Shown here piece after piece: positions 1 through 10,437 of a DNA stretch of 64,000 nt; within the stretch, counting starts at the first letter, position 1; the number at the start of each line of letters is the position of its first letter. Source of the stretch: an uncultured Gemmatimonadales bacterium. Lineage in GTDB: Bacteria; Gemmatimonadota; Gemmatimonadetes; Gemmatimonadales; Gemmatimonadaceae. The notes beneath the pieces are model-generated. The model did not search any database, was not told where the DNA came from, and saw nothing but the letters and a program-made list of their open reading frames with translations. The DNA lies in NCBI GenBank assembly GCA_963701965.1, contig OY969695.1, positions 3,008,001-3,072,000 on the forward strand. The letters run 5' to 3'. The position numbers and the translations under genes are program-made.

Positions 1-1795
1 GGCCAGCGGTCGATCCAGCTCACCCACGGCACCGCCAGCCAACACGCGCCCCGGTTCAGTCCCGACGGCAAGTCCCTGGCGTTTCTCTCGTCGCGCGAGG
101 ACCCGCACGGCGCCGCGCAGGTCTGGATCCTGGACCGCGCCGGCGGAGAGGCTGGCCGGGTGACCAACTTCCCCGGCGGCGTCGATGACTACGCCTGGTC
201 CCCGGACGGCACGCGACTCGCCATCGTGGCGACGGATTCCACGGGCGATACGCCCGTCCCCCAGCCGATCGTGCTCGATCGCTATCAGTTCAAGGCCGAC
301 ATCACCGGCTACTTGACCGGCGCGCGGGACCGGCTGTACGTGTTCGATATCGCGAACCGCCGCGCCACGCTGTTGGACTCCGCCAACGCCGACGTGACCA
401 CACCGGCGTTCGCGCCCGACGGCCGCGCCATCGCCTACGTGCGGAAGAGCCCCACCGCGGCATCGCATGACCCCGACCGCGCCGACAACAATGATGTATA
501 CCTGGTAGACCTGGACGCGCAGGCCGCTCCGCGGCGGGTGACCACCTGGGAGGGCGATGACAACGATCCCGACTGGGCGTCCCCGATCAGCTGGAGTCCC
601 GACTCCAAGTCCATCGCCTATACCCGCGGCGGCGATCCCAAGCTGATCTACTACACGATGCAGCACTTGTACGTCGCCCCGGCGACCGGCGGCGCGCCGC
701 GGGCCATGACGCCGGCCTTTGACAACATCGTCACGGTGCCGCGGTGGTCACCCGACGGACGGTGGCTGTATTTCCTCGACGAGGAAGATCGCGCCGTCGG
801 ACTCGCGCGCGTGCCGGCCGGCGGCGGGCCGATCGAGCACATCGTCCATGGGCGTCAGAAGCTCGAAGGCTATGCGATGGGTCCCGCGGGGCACATCGCG
901 ATGCTCCAGACGACGCTCGATCGACCGGACGAGATCTTCGCGATCGATCCGGGGAAGGCCCCCAGGCAGATCACCCATCAGAACGACGCGTGGCTCGATC
1001 AGATCATCGTGGCGCCGACGCAGGAGATCAGCGCCAAGAGCGCCGAATGGGACGACGATCAACGGGTTCATGGTCACGCCCGCTGGCGCGCCCGCGCGCG
1101 CTAGGAGCCCGGCGATCCTCCGCCTCCACGGCGGCCCGGTGTGGGAGTTCTTCGACGCGTTCGACCTGCATATCCAACTTTTCGCCGCGCAGGGATATGT
1201 CGTGCTGTACGGCAACCCCCGCGGCAGCTCCGGCCGCGGCGACGACTTCGCGAAAGCCATCTGGGCCGACTGGGGCGTCAAGGACGTGCCCGACGTGCTG
1301 GCGCTCGTCGACTGGGCCATCGCCCGCGGCATCGTGGACCCCGCCCGTCTGGGCGTCGGCGGCCACTCCTATGGCGCCATTCTCACCGACCAGGTGATCG
1401 CCCGCACCACGCGGTTCAAAGCCGCCATCGCTGACGCCGGCCAAGGTAGCGCGATCGGCGGCTACGGCGTCGATCAGTACGTCCGGGAGTACGAGGCCGA
1501 GCTCGGCCTCCCCTGGCAACACCCCGACGTGTGGCAGCACGTGTCCTACCCGTTCTTTCACGCCGACAAGATCACGACGCCCACGCTGTTCATCTGCGGC
1601 GAGAAAGACTATAACGTGGCCTTGCCCGAGTCCGAGCAAATGTACCAGGCGCTGCGCAGCGTCGGCGTGCCCACGCAGCTCGTGATCTATCCGGGACAAT
1701 TTCACGAATTCACGCGACCCAGCTACATCGTGGATCGCCTGCACCGCGAAGTGGCCTGGTACGACCGGTATCTCTCGCGTCAGGGCGAGCGATAG
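1..1795 (+). CDS. S9 family (prolyl oligo/dipeptidyl) peptidase, 5'-partial, single frameshift near 1046
   Basis: PD40-like WSPDG repeats in ORF 160-1104; catalytic domain in ORF 719-1795 (LHGGP, NPRGSSG, GHSYG nucleophile, D and H of triad). Removing one A at ~1046 restores ...AKSADGTT... Confidence 0.88.
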
Positions 1796-1864
1796 ATGCT
1801 CTTATAGAGCTCTCATAGAGAGAGTCTAGCCGCGCGAAGCGCGGCACACTATCGTGAGGGGCTT

Positions 1865-3457
1865 ATGGCCTCCTCGTACGACATCATCGTCATCGGCGCC
1901 GGACACAACGGTCTGGTCACCGCCGCGTACCTCGCCCGCGCCGGACTCAAGGTCCTGGTCTTGGAGCGACGATCTCTCGTCGGCGGAGCCTGCGTCACCG
2001 AGGAAGTTTGGCCAGGATTCAAAGTCTCGACAGCGTCGTATGTGAACAGCCTCCTGCGCCCCGAGATCATCCGCGATCTCGATCTCGCGTCGCACGGGTT
2101 CGCCATGATCCCCCGCAGCCCGTCGTCATTCTCGCCGTTCCCCGACGGCCGGTACTTGATGCTCGGCCCCGACAAGGACATGACCCACCGCGAGGTCGCG
2201 AAGTTCTCGGCCAAGGACGCCGACGCGCTGCCCCGCTACGAAGCCATGCTCGAACGCGTCGCCGATTTCATCGAGCCGACGCTCACGATGACGCCGCCGA
2301 GCCCCTGGTCGTTCACGCCGCGCAACCTGGCGGCCCTGGCCAAGCTGGGCTGGGGTTTCACCCGGCTCGGCACGCATGGCGTCGAGGCCATCGAAGTGCT
2401 CACCGGCGCCGCGCGCCCGATACTCGACCGGTGGTTCGAGTCCGAGCAACTCAAGACGACCCTCGCCACCGACGCCGTCATCGGCGCCAAAGCCTCGCCG
2501 TCAATGCCGGGCACGGCCTACGTGCTGTTTCATCACGTGATGGGCGAGACCAACGGCGTGCGCGGCGTGTGGGGCTACGTCCGGGGTGGCATGGGCGGGA
2601 TCTCCAACAGCATCGCCGCGGCGGCCCGCGCCGCGGGCGCCGAGATCCGCGTCAACGCCGAGGTCCAACAGATTCTGGTCAAGGACAATCGCGTGCAGGG
2701 CGTGGTGCTCGCCGACGGCACCGAGATTCGCGCGACGCGCGTCGCCTCGGGGGCCGACGCCCACGTGACCTTCGAGCGCCTGATCGACCCCGAAGCGCTT
2801 TCCAATGAGTTCGCCGCCGCCATCGCCAACATCGACTACGCCAGCGGCAGCCTCAAGATCAACGTCGCGCTGAGCGAGCTCCCCGACTTCACCGCGTGCC
2901 GCGGCACCGCGCCCGGTCCCCAGCATCGCGGGACGATCCACATCTCGCCGACCATGGACTACATCGAGGAAGCCTACGACGACGTGAAGTACGACCGGCC
3001 GTCGAAGAGCCCGATCCTCGAGTGCACCATTCCCTCGGTCCTCGATCCCACGGTGGCGCCGGCCGGGAAGCACCTCATGTCAATGTTCATCCAGTATTTT
3101 CCCTACACGCTCCGCGACGGCAGCACGGTCGAGCAGGCGAAAGAGAAATTCGCCGACCGTTGCTTCGACATCCTGAACGAATACGCGCCGAACTTCAAAC
3201 GCGCGGTCATCGATCGGCAGGTCCTCGCCCCGGTGGACATCGAGCGCCGCTACGGGCTGACGGGAGGGAATATCATGCAAGGCGCCATGTCGCTCTCCAG
3301 CCTCTTCTTCATGCGGCCGGTTGCCGGATACGCCGACTATCGGACGCCCATCAAGCACCTGTACCTCTGCGGCGCCGCCACGCACCCGGGCGGTGGGGTC
3401 ATGGGTGCGTGCGGATACAACGCCGCGCGAGAGATCCTGCGGGACGCCGGCCGGTGA
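1865..3457 (+). CDS. NAD(P)/FAD-dependent oxidoreductase, phytoene dehydrogenase / PYROXD2-like
   Basis: N-terminal GAGHNGL FAD motif, GGMGGIS, C-terminal LYLCGAATHPGGGVMG; RBS-like GAGGGG upstream. Confidence 0.88.
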   Translation: MASSYDIIVIGAGHNGLVTAAYLARAGLKVLVLERRSLVGGACVTEEVWPGFKVSTASYVNSLLRPEIIRDLDLASHGFAMIPRSPSSFSPFPDGRYLMLGPDKDMTHREVAKFSAKDADALPRYEAMLERVADFIEPTLTMTPPSPWSFTPRNLAALAKLGWGFTRLGTHGVEAIEVLTGAARPILDRWFESEQLKTTLATDAVIGAKASPSMPGTAYVLFHHVMGETNGVRGVWGYVRGGMGGISNSIAAAARAAGAEIRVNAEVQQILVKDNRVQGVVLADGTEIRATRVASGADAHVTFERLIDPEALSNEFAAAIANIDYASGSLKINVALSELPDFTACRGTAPGPQHRGTIHISPTMDYIEEAYDDVKYDRPSKSPILECTIPSVLDPTVAPAGKHLMSMFIQYFPYTLRDGSTVEQAKEKFADRCFDILNEYAPNFKRAVIDRQVLAPVDIERRYGLTGGNIMQGAMSLSSLFFMRPVAGYADYRTPIKHLYLCGAATHPGGGVMGACGYNAAREILRDAGR

Positions 3458-4563
3458 CCACCGCGCGGCACGAGGGGACGCTGGAGCGCACGCTCCCACG
3501 CGACGAGTACTTCTCGACGAAGTTCTTCGAGCGGGAGCGCGAAGGGATCTTCTCCCGCGAATGGGTCTACGTGACGCGCGACGAAGGCTTGGCCGAGCGG
3601 GGGGCGTACGCGGTCGTCAATGTGGCGGGCGAGAGCATTCTCGTCGTGCGATCGGACGATGGACTGCACGCCTACTACAACCTGTGCCGCCACCGCGGGT
3701 GCCAGCTCATCCTCGGCGCCGGCGAATCCACGGGACAGTTCCAAGCCGGCATCCGGTGTCCCTACCACTCCTGGACGTACACCCTGGATGGACTGCTCAA
3801 GAGCGCGCCCTTTCTCGACGACGCCAGCGGGTTCACCAAAGCCGATTTCCCGCTCCACGCCGTATCGGTCGACACGTGGGGCGGGTTCGTGTTCGTGAAC
3901 CTCGACCCGCATCCCCGCCAGACGTTGCGCGAGCAACTGGGGCCCATCCCCGAGCGGGTCGCGCGCTATCCGCTGGCCGACCTCCGGTGCGCGTGGACCG
4001 TGGTGTACGACGTGGCGGCCAACTGGAAGGTGGTGCTCGAGAACTACAACGAGTGCTACCACTGCGCCGGCGTCCATCCCGAGCTCTGCGCCGTCGTGCC
4101 GGCGTTCAAGCATCGCGGCGGCTCCGAGCTGGACTGGGAGCGCGGCATCCCCCACGCGCCGGGCGCCTGGACGTTCACGTTCAGCGGCACGACCAATCGC
4201 GCGCCGTTCCCCGGGCTCGACGCCGACGAGCAGACGCGGCACAAGGGCGAGTTGATCTACCCCAACTTCATGTGCAGCTTGTCCGCGGAGCACGTCGCCA
4301 CGTTCCGCCTGCAGCCGCTGGCGCCGGACCGGACGCGCATCACGTTCGACTGCCTATTCCATCCGTCGGCGATCGCCGCGCCCGACTTCCACCCGACCGA
4401 CGCGGCCGATTTCTGGGATCTGGTGAATCGCCAGGATTGGGCCATCTGCGAAGGCGTGCAACGCGGCATGCGCGCCCGGCCGTTCGAGTCGGGGTTCTAT
4501 GCGCCGATGGAAAGCCTGAGCCTCGATATCCGGCGCTATATCCGCGAACGACTCGGGCCATGA
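3454..4563 (+). CDS. Rieske non-heme iron oxygenase alpha subunit (GbcA/choline monooxygenase-like)
   Basis: CRHRG...CPYHSW Rieske motif; NWK..ENYNECYHC..VH mononuclear Fe motif; GTG overlaps upstream TGA. Confidence 0.9.
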   Translation: MTTARHEGTLERTLPRDEYFSTKFFEREREGIFSREWVYVTRDEGLAERGAYAVVNVAGESILVVRSDDGLHAYYNLCRHRGCQLILGAGESTGQFQAGIRCPYHSWTYTLDGLLKSAPFLDDASGFTKADFPLHAVSVDTWGGFVFVNLDPHPRQTLREQLGPIPERVARYPLADLRCAWTVVYDVAANWKVVLENYNECYHCAGVHPELCAVVPAFKHRGGSELDWERGIPHAPGAWTFTFSGTTNRAPFPGLDADEQTRHKGELIYPNFMCSLSAEHVATFRLQPLAPDRTRITFDCLFHPSAIAAPDFHPTDAADFWDLVNRQDWAICEGVQRGMRARPFESGFYAPMESLSLDIRRYIRERLGP

Positions 4564-5741
4564 CCGTCCGACAAACGCGACGGGATTTCGAGTACATCGT
4601 CCTCGGGCTCGGCGGCCTGGGCTCGGGCGCCGCGTACTGGCTGAGCCGGCGGGCGGGCGCCGACGTGTTGGGCATCGAGCAGTTCGCCCTCGGGCACGTC
4701 CGCGGCGAGTCGCAGGACCACTCGCGCATCATTCGCCTCTCGTACCACCGGCCGGACTACGTGGCGCTCGCCAAGCGGGCCTACGCGTCGTGGGACTTGC
4801 TCGCGGCCGATGCCGGCGAGTCCGTCGTCCTCGAGACCGGCGGCCTCGATCTCGGTCCGCGCAATGGCGCGATCCCGCTCGCGGGTTACGCCGACAGCAT
4901 GACGGCCGCCGATGTCGACTTCGAATGGCTCGACGCCGACGAGATCATGCGGCGTTGGCCGCAGTGGCACGTCGACGACACGATTCACGGGCTCTATCAA
5001 GCGCGGGGCGGGATCGCCATGGCGGCCCGGGCCAATGCGGCGCATCAAAAAGCCGCGCGCGCCTTCGGCGCGACGCTGCTCGAAAACACCACGGTATCGG
5101 GCCTGGGATCCCGAGACGGCGAAGTGCACGTAGACGCCGGTGGCGTGACGTATACGGGACGGCAGCTCATCATTGCGGCCGGGCCATGGTCGGCGAACGT
5201 GTTGGCGTCCTTTGGCGTGCATATCCCGCTGGAGATTACGCAAGAGCAGGTGACGTATTTCGCGCCGCCGGAGGCGGGCGCGTTCGCGCCTGATCGGTTC
5301 CCCGTGTGGATCTGGATGGACGATCCCTCGTACTACGGCTTTCCGGTGTTCGGCGAAGCCGGTCCCAAAGCGGCGCGGGACGCCGGCGGCCGCCCGGTGA
5401 CCGCGGATACGCGCACGTTCGACCCGGACCCGGAGGCGATTCGCCTCCTTCGCGCCTTCCTCGCCCGGTATTTGCCCAGTATGGTCGGGCCTGAGATCTA
5501 CACCAAGACTTGTCTGTACACGCTGACGCCGGATCGCGATTTCGTGATCGACCGCGTCCCGGGGCACGACAACGTGCACATCGCGATCGGCGCCGGGCAC
5601 GCGTTCAAGTTCGCGTCGGTCATTGGTCGGACGCTGTCGGAACTGGCGATGGACGGCCGTACGCCGTCGGATCTCGGGATGTTCGGGATCGACCGGCCGA
5701 TCCTCCAGATGGCAAACCCGCCCAAGCACTACATGCAATGA
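4560..5741 (+). CDS. solA: Monomeric sarcosine oxidase / N-methyl-L-tryptophan oxidase
   Basis: GLGGLGS FAD motif, GES.DHSRIIRLSY, CLYTLTPD, GHAFKFA; ATGA overlap with the Rieske gene. Confidence 0.85.
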   Translation: MTVRQTRRDFEYIVLGLGGLGSGAAYWLSRRAGADVLGIEQFALGHVRGESQDHSRIIRLSYHRPDYVALAKRAYASWDLLAADAGESVVLETGGLDLGPRNGAIPLAGYADSMTAADVDFEWLDADEIMRRWPQWHVDDTIHGLYQARGGIAMAARANAAHQKAARAFGATLLENTTVSGLGSRDGEVHVDAGGVTYTGRQLIIAAGPWSANVLASFGVHIPLEITQEQVTYFAPPEAGAFAPDRFPVWIWMDDPSYYGFPVFGEAGPKAARDAGGRPVTADTRTFDPDPEAIRLLRAFLARYLPSMVGPEIYTKTCLYTLTPDRDFVIDRVPGHDNVHIAIGAGHAFKFASVIGRTLSELAMDGRTPSDLGMFGIDRPILQMANPPKHYMQ

Positions 5742-7210
5742 GGGCGCGTCTCACCGGAGTTTTCGTCATGGCCGTCACTCTGACTCCCACCATCGGCTCG
5801 GCGCAGCGGGCGACCGGCGTACCGGTCGCGCCGCTGCTCGCCGAGTCGGACTCGGGAGATGTGGCGCTCCGCGATGAGGGCGTGAAAAAGCTCGCCGAAT
5901 ATCTCGCCATCAACACGACGAACCCGCCCGGCAACGAGCTGGCCACCGCCCAGTGGCTCCAGAAGACGCTCGCGGCCGAGGGTATCGACGGTCAGATTCT
6001 CGACACGGCCGAGCTGGGACCGGGTCGCGCCAACTTCTACGCGCGCCTGCCGGCGACGGTGCCGGCCACCGGCCCTCTGCGCGGCGCGCTGGCGCTGGTC
6101 AGCCACATGGACGTGGTCCCGGTCTCGCGCGAGTTCTGGTCGGTGGATCCGTTCGCCGGCGTCGTCAAGGATGGCTACGTGTGGGGCCGTGGCGCGCTGG
6201 ACATGAAAGGGCACGGGCTCGTCCAGCTCATGGCGCTGATCGCGCTCAAACGGTCCGGCGTCCCGCGCACGCGCGACATCGTCTTCATCGGCAACGCCGA
6301 CGAAGAAGTCGACGGGAAGGGCGCGATCACGTTCGTCGAGCGGCACAAGGACCTGCTGCGGGGTGTGCAATTTCTCCTGACCGAGGGAGCGGACACGCGC
6401 GTCGAACAGGGTCGGCTCAAATGGTTCGCAATCGACGTCGGCGAGAAGCGCGCGTTCTGGCAACGCCTCACGGTGCACGGCACGGCGTCGCACGGCTCGG
6501 TCCCGACGCCCGACAACCCCGTCCCGCGCCTGGCCCGCGCGCTGGCCCGCGTGGCGAACTGGGAGACGCCGGTGCGGGTCATCCCGCCCGTGGCCCGGTA
6601 TCTGGCCGCGCAGGCGCCCTACGAGACCGGCGAGCGCCGGGGTTGGCTGTCCGACGCCGGCACCGCGATCCAGGATCCGCGCGCCCGAGCCTGGCTCCTG
6701 TCGGAGCCGGAGCGCAACGCGCTCCTCCGCAACACGGTGTCGATCACGATGCTCAAGGGATCGAACCAGACCAACATCATCCCTCAAGAGGCGTCGGCCG
6801 ACCTCGACATCCGGCTCTTGCCTGATGAGGACACCGTGGTGTTTCGGAACACGCTGCGGCGGGTCATCGACGATCCCAAGGTCACGATGCACACGGTCGC
6901 CGACGTCGAGCCACGGTTCAACGCGCCGCTCGACACCGAGCTGTTCCGCGCGTTGGAGCGCGTGATCCACGAGATGACGCCAGGCGCGCCGATCGCCACG
7001 CCGATCAACGTCGGCGCGTCGGATCGGCCCACCTACGCCGACGCCGGCATCGTCTGCTACGGCCTCGACCCGTGGCTCGTCGACTTGACCGAGAACCGGC
7101 GCGGGGTCCACGGGAACGACGAGCGCGTGTCCGTGGACAACGTGGGATTTGGCATCCGGTTCTACCGGCGTTTGCTCGAGACTTTCGCCGGCGCGCCGAC
7201 CGGCGCCTGA
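5738..7210 (+). CDS. Secreted M20/M25/M40 metallopeptidase
   Basis: Signal peptide; SHMDVVP, GRGALDMKG, ADEE, HG.DER motifs. Confidence 0.88.
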   Translation: MRARLTGVFVMAVTLTPTIGSAQRATGVPVAPLLAESDSGDVALRDEGVKKLAEYLAINTTNPPGNELATAQWLQKTLAAEGIDGQILDTAELGPGRANFYARLPATVPATGPLRGALALVSHMDVVPVSREFWSVDPFAGVVKDGYVWGRGALDMKGHGLVQLMALIALKRSGVPRTRDIVFIGNADEEVDGKGAITFVERHKDLLRGVQFLLTEGADTRVEQGRLKWFAIDVGEKRAFWQRLTVHGTASHGSVPTPDNPVPRLARALARVANWETPVRVIPPVARYLAAQAPYETGERRGWLSDAGTAIQDPRARAWLLSEPERNALLRNTVSITMLKGSNQTNIIPQEASADLDIRLLPDEDTVVFRNTLRRVIDDPKVTMHTVADVEPRFNAPLDTELFRALERVIHEMTPGAPIATPINVGASDRPTYADAGIVCYGLDPWLVDLTENRRGVHGNDERVSVDNVGFGIRFYRRLLETFAGAPTGA

Positions 7211-7818
7211 GGGGCCGCGAGCTCGAGGCTTCGCCACAGGTACCACGCGGCGACCGACCCGTACGGCGCCCACGCCTTGCCCACCGTCAGGACTTTCGCC
7301 GGCGTGGGCAGCTTCCGGAGGCCGTACGCGCGCTGGATCGCCGTGCGCACGCCGAGGTCCAACTCGGGTACGATGTCGGGCCGCCCGAGGCGAAAGATGA
7401 GGAACATGTGCGCGGTCCACCGGCCGATGCCCTTGACCTGCACCAGCGCCTCGATGATGGCGCTGTCCTCGAGCTCATGCAGCCGCTCGACGTCGAGGCT
7501 TCCTTCCACCGCGCGCGTCGACAGGTCCTTGACGTACTTGATCTTCGCCCACGAGAGCCCGGCGCTGCGCAGGGTATCGGCGCCGGTCGCCAAGAGGTCG
7601 GCCGCGCTGGGGCTCCGGTCGCCGAACAGCGCCCGCACGCGGCCGTAGATCGTGGTAGCGGCCCGGGTGGAGAGCTGCTGAAAGACGATGGATCGGACGA
7701 GGGCGTCGAAGTGCGTACCCTCGGCGCGGATCTCCAGCCGGCAGGCGCCGACGCGCGCGATGATCCGCGCCAAAACCGGGTCCGATTGTTTGAGGTGGGT
7801 GACGGCGCGGTGGTGCAT
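7162..7818 (-). CDS. DNA-3-methyladenine glycosylase (AlkA/HhH-GPD family)
   Basis: LVRSIVFQQLS, VKGIGRWTA HhH, P.LDLGVR, WAPY.SVA.WYLW. Confidence 0.9.
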   Translation of the reverse strand: MHHRAVTHLKQSDPVLARIIARVGACRLEIRAEGTHFDALVRSIVFQQLSTRAATTIYGRVRALFGDRSPSAADLLATGADTLRSAGLSWAKIKYVKDLSTRAVEGSLDVERLHELEDSAIIEALVQVKGIGRWTAHMFLIFRLGRPDIVPELDLGVRTAIQRAYGLRKLPTPAKVLTVGKAWAPYGSVAAWYLWRSLELAAPQAPVGAPAKVSSKRR

Positions 7819-7835
7819 GGGGCAAATTTAGCACC

Positions 7836-8720
7836 ATGCATCTCTTCGGCGGACACACGCGCGATGTCGGCGGCATCGACATGACCGTCCGGCGTGCCGG
7901 GGCCGCCGGCATGCGGGCGATGCAGCTCTTCACCGCGATTCCCAAGTACTACGGCGACAAGAGCACGATTCGCCCCGAACGCATCCAACGCTTTCGCACG
8001 GCGCTGGCCGAGACGACGATCGAGCCGGCCCACGTGATGGCGCACGGGGCCTATGTCCTGAACCTGGCCACCGACGACTCGGAGAAGTATGCCCGCGCCA
8101 GCGCCGGCCTCCTCAAGGAGCTGGAGCGCTCCACGTCCCTGGGGATCGGATCGCTGTGCTTTCACCCGGGTGCGGCGACCGGCGGCGATATAGATGGGGC
8201 CTATGCGCGGATCGCGCACGCCATCACGGCGGCGCTCGAGGCGATCCCCGGGTCGACGCGCGTGCTGGTCGAGAACACGGCGGGCGCGGGGAGCACCGTG
8301 GGGCGCACGCCGGAGGAGATCGGCGCGATTCTCGACGAGGTGCCGAAGGCGCTGCGGCCCCGCACGGGCTATGGGTTGGACACGTGCCACTTGTTCGCCG
8401 CGGGCCACGACATTACGCGATCGGCGGGCACCCAGGGCGCCGTGCTCGATGCGTTCGAGAAAACGACGGGCGAGCCGCCCTCGTTCTTTCATCTCAACGA
8501 TAGCGAAGGCACACTCGGCTCGAACCGCGACCGCCATGCGCTGATCGGACAGGGGCAGATCGGTGTCGAGCCGTTTCAATGGCTGCTCCACGACCGTCGA
8601 TCGCATGGCGTGCCGCTCATTCTCGAGACGCCGCAGTCGGAGGACGAGATCGACGCCAACGATCCGACGCCCGACCTGTACGATATGCAAATGCTCGAAC
8701 TACTGCGTAGCCTGGAGTGA
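7836..8720 (+). CDS. nfo: Endonuclease IV (AP endonuclease)
   Basis: H.AY..NLA, FHPG, VENTAG, LDTCHLFAAG, HLNDS, RDRH, ILETP. Confidence 0.92.
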   Translation: MHLFGGHTRDVGGIDMTVRRAGAAGMRAMQLFTAIPKYYGDKSTIRPERIQRFRTALAETTIEPAHVMAHGAYVLNLATDDSEKYARASAGLLKELERSTSLGIGSLCFHPGAATGGDIDGAYARIAHAITAALEAIPGSTRVLVENTAGAGSTVGRTPEEIGAILDEVPKALRPRTGYGLDTCHLFAAGHDITRSAGTQGAVLDAFEKTTGEPPSFFHLNDSEGTLGSNRDRHALIGQGQIGVEPFQWLLHDRRSHGVPLILETPQSEDEIDANDPTPDLYDMQMLELLRSLE

Positions 8721-8787
8721 CGAGCGCGGCAGTGGCGCAAGGGGCGGCAGGTGCGCTTCACCGCCGAAGCGCTCAACTTATGACGAG

Positions 8788-10437
8788 ATGAACGAGCCGC
8801 AGCAGTCGTTGGCGATTCGGTTGTTGTCCGGCATGAGTGGTGCGACCGGTGTACTAGTCGCACTAGTTGCAGCGATCGACTTAGGGGTCTGGCGCACGGG
8901 CATGGCGCCGTTTTTGGGGCCGCAGACGGAGTTCAGCGCCCCGATTCCCGCGACGGCGCTGGCACTGTTCGGCATCGGTGTCGCCCTGTGGCTGGGCCGC
9001 TCGGACAGCGTGCCCCGTTGGTCCATTCTCGCTTCGCGCATGATCGCGACCGCCGTCGTCATCTGGGCGTGCCTCTTTCTCATCGAATGGCTGGCCGATA
9101 TCAACCTGGGCATCGATCGGGTGCTGTTCTCCGATCACGTCTACCAGGCGGCGGGCAAGCCGCACGGACGGCCGTCGATCTCGATCGACATCACGTTGGG
9201 GCTGATCGGACTGGCGCTGGTGGCGTTGCACGCGGACTCGCCGATCGCGCACGCGGTGACCCGCGTCGGGACGGCGGTCACCATGTTGATCACGTTCACG
9301 GTGATCGTGAGTCATGTCAACGGGGCGCGCGACTACTACCACGTCTCGCCGTTCGCCGACATGTCGCTCGTCTCGGCGCTGGCGCTGGGATTGGCGGCGC
9401 TGGGCATCCTCCTCGTGCGGCCGGCGTCGCGCGGCGGGCTATCGTCCATCTTGGTCGACGATGGCGCGGGCGGCGTCCTGGCCCGGCGGCTCCTGCCCGC
9501 CGCGGTGCTGGTGCCGATGGTGTTGGGACGCCTCTGGCTGAGCGGCGCGGTCGCCCTCTGGTATGACCCGCGCGGCGGAGCGTCGCTCTTCGTCGTCGCG
9601 TCCACCGTGGTGCTGGTCTGGGCCGTGGCGCGCAGCGCGCACGTTGTCCATGCGGCCGACGGGCAACGGTCGCGGCTGCTCGTCCGCGAGCAGATGGCGC
9701 GGCAAGAGGCGGAGAGCGCGAATCAGGCCAAGGTCAACTTCCTGGCCGTCATGTCGCATGAGCTGCGCACGCCGCTCAGCGCCATCATCGGCTATGAGGA
9801 GCTGCTTGCCGATGGCATCACGGGGCCGATCAACGATGGGCAACGCCAGCAATTGTCGCGCATCAAAGCGAGCGCCCGCCATTTGCTGCAGCTCATCGAT
9901 GAGATCCTGACGTACTCGCGCGCCGAGGCGGGGCGCGAGGAGGTCGATGTGGAGACGCTGCCGGTGCAGGCGGTCATCGAAGAGGCGATCGCGCTGGTCT
10001 CGCCGATGGCGGACGACAAAGGGGTCGCGGTCACCTGCGTGCCGCTGGCGACGAGCACGCCGATCCGTACCGATGCCCAAAAGGTGCGGCAGATTCTGGT
10101 CAACCTGCTGACCAACGCCATCAAGTTCACCGAGCGCGGGGGGTCGGTCGCCCTCGGCGTCACGCTCATTGAGCGCACGGTCGCGATCGCGATCCGCGAC
10201 TCGGGGATCGGCATCGCCTCCGAGCACTTCGACCGGATCTTCGAACCGTTTTGGCAGGTGGAGCAAAAGGCCACGCGGACCGCCGGAGGCACGGGCCTGG
10301 GTCTCAGCGTCTCGCGGCGCCTGGCGCGGATGTTGGGCGGTGATATCGAGGTGGAAAGCGACGTCGGACACGGTAGCACCTTCACCGTCACCTTGCCGCT
10401 CGATTCGCGGCTACCAGCGCTGGTGCGGTCGGCTTAG
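8788..10437 (+). CDS. Multi-TM sensor histidine kinase
   Basis: About 7 hydrophobic segments, then MSHELRTPL, NLLTNAIKFT, DSGIGI, GTGLGL. Confidence 0.9.
   Translation: MNEPQQSLAIRLLSGMSGATGVLVALVAAIDLGVWRTGMAPFLGPQTEFSAPIPATALALFGIGVALWLGRSDSVPRWSILASRMIATAVVIWACLFLIEWLADINLGIDRVLFSDHVYQAAGKPHGRPSISIDITLGLIGLALVALHADSPIAHAVTRVGTAVTMLITFTVIVSHVNGARDYYHVSPFADMSLVSALALGLAALGILLVRPASRGGLSSILVDDGAGGVLARRLLPAAVLVPMVLGRLWLSGAVALWYDPRGGASLFVVASTVVLVWAVARSAHVVHAADGQRSRLLVREQMARQEAESANQAKVNFLAVMSHELRTPLSAIIGYEELLADGITGPINDGQRQQLSRIKASARHLLQLIDEILTYSRAEAGREEVDVETLPVQAVIEEAIALVSPMADDKGVAVTCVPLATSTPIRTDAQKVRQILVNLLTNAIKFTERGGSVALGVTLIERTVAIAIRDSGIGIASEHFDRIFEPFWQVEQKATRTAGGTGLGLSVSRRLARMLGGDIEVESDVGHGSTFTVTLPLDSRLPALVRSA

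Noticed and set aside
1792..1830. ATAGAG/CTCT low-complexity intergenic repeat as a regulatory site
   Set aside because: Too short and degenerate to support a function.
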